From Nitrospirota bacterium (GTDB lineage: Bacteria; Nitrospirota; UBA9217): DNA of 64,000 nt. Below the pieces are notes generated by a model. It saw nothing but the letters and a program-made list of their open reading frames with translations, did not search any database and was not told the origin of the DNA. The stretch is from NCBI GenBank assembly GCA_963845065.1, contig CAWJQQ010000002.1, positions 448,001 to 512,000 of the forward strand, in the 5' to 3' direction. A program made the position numbers and the translations under genes. Positions 9,872 to 18,454 of the stretch are shown here, in pieces (positions within the stretch are counted from its first letter, which is position 1; each line of letters opens with the position of its first letter).

Positions 9872-10573
9872 TTGAGAGAGGATAAAAACGTGCTCAAAAA
9901 AATTGAAAACCTGAATTACTACGAACTGCTGGAGGTTAGCCCCACTGCCACCTCGCAGGAGATCCATAAGGCATATGAACGGGTCCGGAGGATCTACGAG
10001 CCAAACTCCATCGCACTGTATTCGTTATTCAGCACCGAGGAGACTGCTGCCATTCACCAGCGAATCGAAGAAGCTTACCGTACCCTTGTATACGAAGACA
10101 ATCGAAAACGGTATGATGAGATATTAAGACGGCAGAATGATTTGCCGGAAACGTCGCCGCCTCCCCTACCACCGAAATATAAGAACCCGCCAGTTCAACC
10201 GGCGCTCTCGCTGCCATTAGACAATCATTACGGGGACAGCATGGAACCCTCTCAGGCGAAGGCAGAAGTGGTACCAGCCATCCCAGAAAAAGTTACCCTC
10301 GTGTCTCAATTCATTTCCGAGTTTTCCGGCGCCGCCATCAAGATGCTGCGGGAACAACACGGTCTAAGCTTACGGGATGTTTCTGATGCCACAAAGGTAA
10401 GTGCCCGATATCTTGAAATGATCGAGCAAGAGAACTTCCTTAAACTTCCGGTCCGCGCCTATACACGGGGATTCTTAACGCTTTATGCCAAGGCCCTTGC
10501 CTGCGATCCAGATCGCGTGACCGCCGACTACTTGAAACGCTATGACGCTGCACGGGCGCCAAAGACAAAGTAA
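9872..10573 (+). CDS. DnaJ-like N-terminal domain plus RodZ-type HTH protein
   Basis: NYYELLEVSPTAT..EI..AY; C-terminal LREQHGLSL....ATKVS..YLEMIE...RGFL..YA..L. Confidence 0.8.
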   Translation: MREDKNVLKKIENLNYYELLEVSPTATSQEIHKAYERVRRIYEPNSIALYSLFSTEETAAIHQRIEEAYRTLVYEDNRKRYDEILRRQNDLPETSPPPLPPKYKNPPVQPALSLPLDNHYGDSMEPSQAKAEVVPAIPEKVTLVSQFISEFSGAAIKMLREQHGLSLRDVSDATKVSARYLEMIEQENFLKLPVRAYTRGFLTLYAKALACDPDRVTADYLKRYDAARAPKTK

Positions 10574-11051
10574 TGGGAACAGGTGCAAGTTCACGATATT
10601 GATTCACAAGCTTTATCCGGTTTATTCTCTTTCGCGCATCCTGTATTTTCTTTATAGTCTGCCGTTTACGGCCTTTCTCAGGTCTCTCTCCTTCCAGATC
10701 CCGCAAATCGCGGGATAACTGATCAGATCTAATATCGTCGATGTCACCACGCCGCCATCAGGTGCTGCGATCAGCTTCATAACGTCCGAGCCAGTCCCGT
10801 TTAAGAACGTGATTGGCACGTGGCCTGCGATGAGCACCGCCGACACCGTCATGATCTTGGGCCTGATTCTCTTAACCGCTCCTTTCATCACGGAGGCTTC
10901 TATGTCCTGGAGTGCATTGATCCTTCCTTCCTGGTGCCACCGGTTGTACGATAAATCAAAGTAAAGCAGCATCACAATGCCCGTCTCCGCGTCGAGGTCC
11001 GTCAGGGAGATTACGCCGACCCAAACCTCAGTACTCATTTGGTAGCCTAGG

Positions 11052-12421
11052 TGACAACTGTCACGACATCGTGCACTAACGTTCTTTGACAATCGAGTAG
11101 CCACATTCTGTACTATCATGGACACCACTAAATACAAAGGTGGTGTTCATGAAAAAGAAAGTGCAGCAGGAACGAGCGGCAACTGTGCAACGGTATCTCG
11201 CCGGAGAAGACCCGGAGAGTATCTGCGCCTCATTGGGTAGATCGCGGCGATGGCTGTACAAGTGGTTGGCGCGGCATATCCCTGACGATTCTGCTTGGTA
11301 TGAAGATTTATCACGGCGTCCCTTGGTAAACCCTCACCGCACACCTGCGGAGATCGAAAAGATCGTCGAGATGGTGCGATGGCGTCTGTACAACAATGAT
11401 CTTTTCTGTGGAAGCCAAGCTATTCTCTGGGAAATGGAGGACATGAACATTCAGCCGTTTCCCTCCATTAGTACAGTTGACCGGATCTTGCGCCTCCGTG
11501 AATTGACCTATAGGCGGACCGGACGATATACTCCAAAAGGAAAGAAATATCCGTCGCTCCCGGCGCTCTTGCTTAATCAAACCCATCAGGTTGATCTGGT
11601 CGGCCCTTGCTACCTTACCGGCCCAATTCGTTTCTACAGCCTGCATGCGGTCGATACTGCGACCAACCGATGTGGTATAGAGCCGATGCCCTCCAAAGCA
11701 GCGCAAAACGTTTTGGACGCCGTTCATGCGGTTTGGCTGCGCATGGGCATCCCGGAGAACCTTCAGGTGGACAATGAGATGGCCTTTTTCGGGAGCCCGA
11801 TTCATCCCCGCGGCATGGGGCCACTTATTCGTTTCTGCCTGCATTATGGCGTTAAGCTATGGTTTATTCCACCATCCGAACCGTGGTGGAATGGAATCGT
11901 CGAGAAGTTCAATGACCATTACGAACAGAAATTTTTCGACAAGGTTCCTATGGCCTCATTGACGCAGCTTCGGCAAGAATCACTGGCATTCGAGCACTGG
12001 CATAACAGCACCTATCGCTACAGCAAACTTAAGGGGAAAACGCCCCTCAAGGCGTTGGCTGCTACAGAGAAGAAATTAATCTTCCCGAGCAAGAGAGATA
12101 CCCCAAAGCACCCCTTGGATAAGCCGGAGGAAGGTTCCTATCACCTCGTACGATTCATTCGAAGCGAATGCCGGCTGAATATCTTTGATGAAATATTCCC
12201 AGCTCCATCGGAGACCCAATACGAATACATTGTGGCTACTGTCGATGTCAAAGAACAAAAGCTCAAGCTCTTCTTGGATACGATCCAGGTAGAAGAATAT
12301 CCTTATTTGCTACGATGCCCATTGAAAATGGTCACGGCATCGGAAGATCAGATGGTTTCAGAGTTTCGATTGAACGATGTAGTGACAGTTTTTCTTGTGC
12401 ACGATGTCCTGACAGTCATCA
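11052..12421 (+). mobile_element. IS481-family insertion sequence (1370 bp)
   Basis: Inverted ends TGACAACTGTCACGACATCGTGCAC and GTGCACGATGTCCTGACAGTCATCA; 6-bp direct repeat CCTAGG at 11046-11051 and 12422-12427. Confidence 0.85.
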
Positions 12422-12426
12422 CCTAG
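11140..12426 (+). CDS. DDE transposase (HTH plus integrase core)
   Basis: SRRWLYKW HTH, HQVD, LQVDN, NGIVEKFN. Confidence 0.9.
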   Translation: MVFMKKKVQQERAATVQRYLAGEDPESICASLGRSRRWLYKWLARHIPDDSAWYEDLSRRPLVNPHRTPAEIEKIVEMVRWRLYNNDLFCGSQAILWEMEDMNIQPFPSISTVDRILRLRELTYRRTGRYTPKGKKYPSLPALLLNQTHQVDLVGPCYLTGPIRFYSLHAVDTATNRCGIEPMPSKAAQNVLDAVHAVWLRMGIPENLQVDNEMAFFGSPIHPRGMGPLIRFCLHYGVKLWFIPPSEPWWNGIVEKFNDHYEQKFFDKVPMASLTQLRQESLAFEHWHNSTYRYSKLKGKTPLKALAATEKKLIFPSKRDTPKHPLDKPEEGSYHLVRFIRSECRLNIFDEIFPAPSETQYEYIVATVDVKEQKLKLFLDTIQVEEYPYLLRCPLKMVTASEDQMVSEFRLNDVVTVFLVHDVLTVIT

Positions 12427-12770
12427 GAAATAGAGGTACCAGACCGCGTCCACAAGCGAGAATGGGACTTCCAGTAGCACAATCGTGGCCTTTGAGAGCG
12501 CTTCTGTGTTGAGATAGATCAGCACGATAACATAAATAAAACAGTTAAAGGCAGGCATGCAAAGTATAATATTTTTTGTGAAACGCTTGCTGTGGTTGAT
12601 GTAGTATTTGATACAGACAGCCAATGAATTACAGCGCGCCAATAAATCTAAAGCTTTCATTCTCGAGTAGAGGGATTACCTGACCACTCCTCATTGTTGA
12701 GACCATGGGCATGTCGTGGGGAGACTCGGTAAACAAATGTAGATGGAAAAATGGAGGAGGAAGAGGCTTG

Positions 12771-13610
12771 CTACCTCTCTATTTTGGCAAGACGGTCCTT
12801 AGCTATTTCCGCTTCATTGGAAAAGGGATGATCCTTGATGACTTTGTTCAAATACTCCTTCGCTTTGATAATATTTTTCTCACTTAGGTACGAGAGTCCG
12901 ATCTTAAGCTTTGCACCGGCTACTTTATCGCTTTTGGGATAGTTTTTGATGACCTTGCTAAAAGCCTCAATCGCCTTGCTGAACTCTTTCTTCGAATACA
13001 AACATTCACCGACCCAGTATTGCGCATTATCAACCATGCTAGTTTCGGGAAACTGCACTATATAATTCTGGAAGCCAGCGAGAGCAAGGTCAAAATTACC
13101 CTTGTCGTAATCGCTTTTCGCCTGTCGATAAACTTCGGAAGGCTCAATCGTCTTGGGAGATGAGGACTTCTCCCCGGCCATCGCTGTCGTCTGCCCGGCC
13201 GAAACAGTCGCTGTCCCCGCACTCAGCATCTTTATTTTTGTCTCAATCCCATCAACCCGTGCTGAAAGTTCTGCGATTTTGACAGCCCGATCGTCCAGCT
13301 TCTGGGCAAGCTCCGCGATGCGAAAATTGTTTTCTTCAAGTTTGCCCTGAAGTAATTGTAAATCCGTAGTTAGCTGATCGGTTTTGGCGCCGAAATCAGC
13401 CGTTACCTTCTGCACATCCACCGAACCCTTGACATTAGTATCGAGAAGATCGAGTCGCGTCTGCATCTCCCGAACACGTGCCTGCGTGGTTTTCACATCC
13501 TGGCGCAAATCGGTCATCTCGGACTGAGTCCTGACCAGTTCGGCCTGAGGGGCACAGGCGACCAACAGCACGAGAATACCCATGATGGTGATTAGAGGCT
13601 TGGTTGTCAT
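12771..13610 (-). CDS. cpoB: Tol-Pal system protein YbgF/CpoB
   Basis: Lipobox LVAC, coiled coil, TPRs (NAQYWVGE, YPKSDKVAGAKLKIG); adjacent to pal; start estimated. Confidence 0.85.
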   Translation of the reverse strand: MTTKPLITIMGILVLLVACAPQAELVRTQSEMTDLRQDVKTTQARVREMQTRLDLLDTNVKGSVDVQKVTADFGAKTDQLTTDLQLLQGKLEENNFRIAELAQKLDDRAVKIAELSARVDGIETKIKMLSAGTATVSAGQTTAMAGEKSSSPKTIEPSEVYRQAKSDYDKGNFDLALAGFQNYIVQFPETSMVDNAQYWVGECLYSKKEFSKAIEAFSKVIKNYPKSDKVAGAKLKIGLSYLSEKNIIKAKEYLNKVIKDHPFSNEAEIAKDRLAKIER

Positions 13611-13739
13611 AAGGCTCGTAAGAATTCCTTTAAGGCGGTGAACGAAAACCAGCCACGGGGAGAGATGGAGGGAAAAAAGGAGAATGCGGGGATGTTCTCC
13701 CGCATTACCAGTTTTTCCTAGTTTCATGAACCCCCGCCC

Positions 13740-14297
13740 CTACTTCGTCACGGCCACGAAATCATCTCTACGGTTTTTCTGCCAGCAGTCTTCGGTATGT
13801 TCCGAACAGACAGGCTTTTCCTTGCCGTAGCTGATGAGCGAGATTCGTTTTGCCGAAATCCCCAGATCGGTAAAATACTTCTTTGCGCTCGTTGCGCGGC
13901 GCTGACCAAGGGCTTGGTTGTATTCCTTGGTTCCTCGTTCGTCGCAATTCCCCTCGATCCGGATCTCTACTTTCGGGTTGGCTTTAAGCCATTCGGCATT
14001 AGCCTTCATGGCGGACCGTGCGTCGTCGCGGATAAAAGACTTGTCGAAATCGAAGTAGATCGGCTGCAAGCTGGCTGATGTGACCGCGGCGCCTTCGTTA
14101 GCCGCTGGCTGGACTTCTTCATTCTTCTGCTCAGCCTTTTGTTCGACCGCCGGCTCTTCCTTGGCAGGCGCGACAGACGGAGCGGTTTCCTTCTGTGATT
14201 CCGGCGCAGTAGCTACTTCCGCCTTTTTGGGACAGCCCCAGAGAACAAAGATACTCAGCAACACAATAACCGGAACATACATTCGTAGTCTGCTCAT
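13740..14297 (-). CDS. pal: Peptidoglycan-associated lipoprotein
   Basis: LWGC lipobox, IYFDFDKS, EGNCDERGTKEYNQALGQRRA, SYGKEKP, NRR; GGAGG SD. Confidence 0.95.
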   Translation of the reverse strand: MSRLRMYVPVIVLLSIFVLWGCPKKAEVATAPESQKETAPSVAPAKEEPAVEQKAEQKNEEVQPAANEGAAVTSASLQPIYFDFDKSFIRDDARSAMKANAEWLKANPKVEIRIEGNCDERGTKEYNQALGQRRATSAKKYFTDLGISAKRISLISYGKEKPVCSEHTEDCWQKNRRDDFVAVTK

Positions 14298-14382
14298 AAT
14301 ACATCCTCCTCTATTCTGATGTGTCAAAATGAATTCGACTAGACAAGCTAATGCAAAACGATACGCGAAGAAATACGTTCTG

Positions 14383-14411
14383 AAGATAGCATACAACCCA
14401 ACCCTTGTCAA
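14383..14411 (-). promoter_or_regulatory. sigma70 promoter of pal
   Basis: TTGACA, 17 bp spacer, TATCTT. Confidence 0.6.
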
Positions 14412-14760
14412 CGGCAAATGATTTTTTACCCTCTGGGCATCCTGTTGCAATGGGCATGGCATCACTCACAGTCATTGTTCCAAGGAACCTTCCGCACAAT
14501 CTCGCTGAGTTGTGCTCCTATGTGGCTTGAAATCGATGTCGCTTAAACTGTTATCCTATGCGGCACCATATTTGAGTCGTTCGCATGACTTCTCGAGTCG
14601 GTAACTTTTATGTGCGAGTCATGCTTCAGCAACCTTTTCATAGAATCATCGCCAACCATGCATTCGGGACGCTCAGTCCCGTGATTGCGGTGTCGAATAG
14701 CCGTCCTTGTTTTTTCTCCTCAGTGCTCTAATGGTTTTCCCCTCTTCTGCTAGTCGCGGG

Positions 14761-15270
14761 TCACCAGCCGTTGTGGTGGACCCGCGAACCGTTGAAGCGG
14801 GCCTGTGCCGGCTTGATCTCCGCCGGGAACCCAAGTGGAATGAGAGAAAACGGCACGACGTGTTCCGGCAGACCCAACAGCCGCCGAAGATTTATGATGC
14901 GGTCTTCCGTCGGATATACACCGCACCAGACCGAGCCAAGCCCTTTTGCATGGGCGGCGAGAAGCATATTCTGCGTCGCCGCCGCGCAGTCTAGCACCCA
15001 GTGTCCTTTGTATTTTTCCAACGTCGTATCGCCGCATACGAGGATAGCCACATGAGCCTGTTTCAGCATCCCAGCATAAGGATGAAACTTCGGGATCTCA
15101 TCAAGGATCGCTTGGTCCGTCATGACAATGAAGTGCCACGGCCGTTCGCCCCCCGCCGAAGGGGCGCTCATCGCAGCTCTCAAAATTTCATCGATCACTC
15201 CGCGGGAAACAGGCTTCGGTGTGTAGAGCCGGATACTCCTGCGAGTAAAGATCGCTTCCAGTGTTTCCAT
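14761..15270 (-). CDS. Nitroreductase-family flavoprotein
   Basis: RRSIR, APSAG..RPWHF, DCAAATQNMLLAAHAKGLGSVW. Confidence 0.9.
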   Translation of the reverse strand: METLEAIFTRRSIRLYTPKPVSRGVIDEILRAAMSAPSAGGERPWHFIVMTDQAILDEIPKFHPYAGMLKQAHVAILVCGDTTLEKYKGHWVLDCAAATQNMLLAAHAKGLGSVWCGVYPTEDRIINLRRLLGLPEHVVPFSLIPLGFPAEIKPAQARFNGSRVHHNGW

Positions 15271-15293
15271 ACTATCCTCCTTACCGCACCTGT

Positions 15294-16262
15294 TTAACGC
15301 TCTTTCATCTGATAAGCCCGGACCAGGTCCTCGACACCCCGTTCCAAGGTATATTCAGGGTGCCAGCCGAGCAGGCGCCTGACTTTTCCATTGAGAAACA
15401 GAAGATTACAAGTCGCAAACTGAACATAGGTATTCAGGCTAAATTTTACATGAAAGACATCCCCAATAAAGTCTATGATTTTCGACGGTACACTCAGTGC
15501 CACGGTCGGGACAGGCAGGAGCCTGAATTTTTTCCCGAGTGAAATAGCAATGGTATTGAAAAAATCATACCAGCTGTGAGTTAGACCATCGGTAAGATTG
15601 AATGTCTGGCCTATGGCATCCTTCATTATGCCCGCGAGATAAATGGCTTGGGAAAGATCTTGCACATGAATGAGCGGGGCGACATTATTTCCCTTTCCGA
15701 TAGAGGGGAAGCCAAGCGGCCCGAATCGATCTACGGCAGCAACTAAATTTCCGAAGTACCGGGAGCCTGTTCCGAAAACCACTCCAGGCCTGATGATGAC
15801 ATACTCTGCCACTGTCTGCGCTTCAAGAATTTCTTAACACTGTCTCTTATAAGCGGTGTAATGCTCCTCAGGAACAAGCTTCGGTTTCGTCTCTTCCGAG
15901 GCCGGAACCGCCGAGGGAATGCCTGCCACAGTCAATGAACTGATGAAGATGAATCGTTTTATGCCGGATTTATCAATGTTGTCTAATATCTTTTCAACCA
16001 GTCGCACGTTCTTCTTCGCTGCAAGGGGTGATACGTTCCTCAACTCACCGATATGGTAAAATACGTCCATGCCCGCCATCGCATTAATGACCGAGCTGGC
16101 ATCCTAGAGGTCCCCGGGAAAGAGAGAGACGTCTTTCCCTGCGAACTGAGCAGGTAGTTTATCCTTTCGTCCGAAGAGGCGGACGGTATGTCCGTTTTCC
16201 GCAAGAAGACCAACAACTTTGCTGCCAATGAACCCCGTACCGCCGGTAACGAGTGCTTTCAT
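15294..16262 (-). pseudogene. NAD-dependent epimerase/dehydratase with two in-frame stops
   Basis: MKALVTGGTGFIGS start at 16262; TAG at 16104-16106 and TAA at 15834-15836; all pieces in one frame; FIFISS, YTAYK, RPGVVFG, HVQDL. Confidence 0.85.
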
Positions 16263-16274
16263 ACATGCCAGCTT

Positions 16275-17312
16275 TCAAGCGTCAATAAAGCACTGCGGAT
16301 CTTCTGCGAGGAAATCTTCAATGCCGCGCGAACACGCATAGGCAATCGCCCGGCATCCCCTGCACTGCGCCCACCGGTCGCAGTTGCGGCACTTGCCCTT
16401 GTATTTGCTCCGATCCCGAAGAGCAGCGAGGACCGGCGACGTTGACCAGATCTCACGAAGAGAATCTTTCGTCACGTTGCCGAGAGAGAGGGGCAATCTC
16501 CTGCAGGGCGTAACATTTCCATTAGGAAGGATGGTCAAGCCGGCAACACCTGCCGAACATCCACTGCTCGCAACATCTCCGGCGTCGCCGTTCGTTTTCT
16601 CCCGCATCTGTGACGCGACCGGGTCTCCGGTCACGATTTCTATATCGTCATGCTCAAGCGATAATACTGTTTCATAGAGGCCTCTCACCTGCTCCCTGGT
16701 GAGCATCTGGGAAAGCAAGGATCTGCCTTTCCCGGCAGGCACGAGGCGGGAAAACCCGACTCGTTGCGCTCCTACATGTGAGCAGAAAGCAATAACTTTA
16801 TCCACTGTCGAAGCATTGATGGCTGAAAGCGTAACGTTCAGCGTAACCGGAAGTTTAGCATCGACGAGGTACTCTATTCCCTCTTTTGATGCGCGGAAAC
16901 TCCCCTTGCCCCGAATTGCATCATGGACATCCTCTGGACCTTCAATACTAACCTGAACGCCATCGACACCGAGATCACTAAGACTCCGAGCTCGATCCCT
17001 GCTTACTAGTGTCCCGTTGGTGAGAAGGTACATTTTGAATCCCTTCTGCTTGATTTCTCCAAGAAACTCGAAGAGGTCTTTTTTCAGGAACGGTTCGCCC
17101 CCGGTAATATTCATGCTTGGAGAAAAAGCGATCCCGTAGATGTCTGACCAGTCCGCGATCATGTCCGACACTTCGCCGATCACTCGTTTCATTTCAGTTA
17201 GCGGCAGCTCTTCTTTGCCCTGCTCGCCCTGGTAACAGTGCATGCACCGAAGGTTGCAGTTTTCCGTTAAATGCCACTGGATAAAAAATTCGTAAGGTTT
17301 ATTCGTTGCCAT
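16275..17312 (-). CDS. Radical SAM/SPASM-domain protein, putative peptide maturase
   Basis: CNLRCMHC, TGGEP; SPASM cysteines CSAG..PC..GKCRNC....CRGCRA..DPQC. Confidence 0.92.
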   Translation of the reverse strand: MATNKPYEFFIQWHLTENCNLRCMHCYQGEQGKEELPLTEMKRVIGEVSDMIADWSDIYGIAFSPSMNITGGEPFLKKDLFEFLGEIKQKGFKMYLLTNGTLVSRDRARSLSDLGVDGVQVSIEGPEDVHDAIRGKGSFRASKEGIEYLVDAKLPVTLNVTLSAINASTVDKVIAFCSHVGAQRVGFSRLVPAGKGRSLLSQMLTREQVRGLYETVLSLEHDDIEIVTGDPVASQMREKTNGDAGDVASSGCSAGVAGLTILPNGNVTPCRRLPLSLGNVTKDSLREIWSTSPVLAALRDRSKYKGKCRNCDRWAQCRGCRAIAYACSRGIEDFLAEDPQCFIDA

Positions 17313-17383
17313 AAGAATGATAAAATGATGCTAAGTGAGAATATTTTTTGATAATGCGATTATGATCTAAAAAAGATAAGGTA

Positions 17384-17440
17384 GCAGATATGGCTTGCAA
17401 CACTGAACTGTTAGCACCGGTTCGCGCCAGCCATATCTGC
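17384..17440 (-). terminator. Strong stem-loop between the peptide gene and the rSAM gene
   Basis: Perfect 12-bp stem GCAGATATGGCT/AGCCATATCTGC, followed on the minus strand by TACCTTATCTTTTTT. Confidence 0.65.
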
Positions 17441-17452
17441 AGCTTCGGTTTC

Positions 17453-17469
17453 GTTGCTGACCAGCAACT
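17453..17469 (-). promoter_or_regulatory. Putative bacterial SECIS element
   Basis: AGUUGCU-GGUC-AGCAAC hairpin; the loop lies 16 and 25 nt after the two UGA codons; resembles E. coli fdhF GGUUGCAGGUCUGCACC. Confidence 0.75.
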
Positions 17470-17592
17470 TTAGCTCTTTCACCCCTTTCATTTGTGGCAT
17501 ACCGTGCCAGGATTTTGCTTATCGAGTAGCTTCTTTGCGGCCCAGTACGCAGCTTCTTTTGCGAGAGTGTCTTTGCTCATAGCCTTTTTCAT
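17470..17592 (-). CDS. Putative selenocysteine-containing RiPP precursor, 40 aa: MKKAMSKDTLAKEAAYWAAKKLLDKQNPGTVCHKUKGUKS
   Basis: AAAGGAGGTG SD; in-frame TGA at 17488-17490 and 17479-17481; TAA at 17470-17472; SECIS-like hairpin; adjacent rSAM/SPASM gene. Confidence 0.75.
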
Positions 17593-17707
17593 CCTGATTT
17601 CACCTCCTTTCAGTGGTATGTGGTATATAGAGATTATAATATCATAAAAAAATACCTCTAGTGGCGCATAGCACTTGTATGACTATAAATTAATCAGAGC
17701 AACCCAG

Positions 17708-18454
17708 TTATCTTCCTGCGGCTTCCTTATCGAGAAACCACGTAACTGTTCCGTTCTCGGTAAAGACCTGTCCTGCCGGATATCCCTTGGAATTGCCGTG
17801 GTAAAGGATATTTTGGAGCACGCTCGCTTTGGCTCTTCCTGCAACAAGAAAAAGTACATTAGATGCATTATTGATGACCGAAATCGTGAGCGTAACACGG
17901 TTAATTTGAGGATCTTCTAGATATACGGGATTGGTGATCCGAGCAGATTCAAAAACCGCTGATGAACCAGTAAAGAGCGATGCCGTATGACCGTCCGCGC
18001 CTACTCCCAGCATGACAAGGTCAAAGCTCGGGATAGTGACCGTACCAAAGAATGCCTTGATGTCCTGCTCATAGGCACGCGCCGCCTCTTCGGGATCTGC
18101 TTCTCCATGCACGTTGTGAACATTGCTCTCGGGCATGGGAAGGTTCTTCAATAACGTATCGCGAACCAACCTGTAGTTGCTCGCAGGATTATCGGACGGA
18201 ACGCATCGCTCATCTGCCCAGAACAAGTGAACACGGCGCCAGTCAATGGTGTTTAGATAGGGTGGTGATCCGAGAAGTGTGTACAAGAGGCGGGGGGTTG
18301 TGCCACCGGAAAGGGCGACAGCAAACCTACCTTTTGCGGCAATGGCCGTACACGAAAGAGACAAAAATAATTCCGCTGCGCCATGGCTCAGCGATTGGAG
18401 GTCATCGAATACCGAGATCCGCACATTGCTGCGGCCATTCACAAAGGCCTCCAA
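17708..18454 (-). CDS. pgl: 6-phosphogluconolactonase
   Basis: ALSGGTTP, FWADERCVP, LGVGADGHTASLF, RVTLT. Confidence 0.95.
   Translation of the reverse strand: MEAFVNGRSNVRISVFDDLQSLSHGAAELFLSLSCTAIAAKGRFAVALSGGTTPRLLYTLLGSPPYLNTIDWRRVHLFWADERCVPSDNPASNYRLVRDTLLKNLPMPESNVHNVHGEADPEEAARAYEQDIKAFFGTVTIPSFDLVMLGVGADGHTASLFTGSSAVFESARITNPVYLEDPQINRVTLTISVINNASNVLFLVAGRAKASVLQNILYHGNSKGYPAGQVFTENGTVTWFLDKEAAGR

Larger units (their letters stand above)
10652..12560 (-). pseudogene. cusA: C-terminal remnant of a CusA/CzcA RND permease, interrupted by an IS
   Basis: VPFSLVDAVWYLYFLG joins across the IS to YQMSTEVWVGVI..DAETGIVMLLY..GAVKRIRPKIMT..GTGSDVMK. Confidence 0.85.

Noticed and set aside
15834..16106. 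Pyrrolysine or other recoding of the in-frame TAG in the epimerase
   Set aside because: A second in-frame stop is TAA, so ordinary nonsense mutation is the simpler explanation
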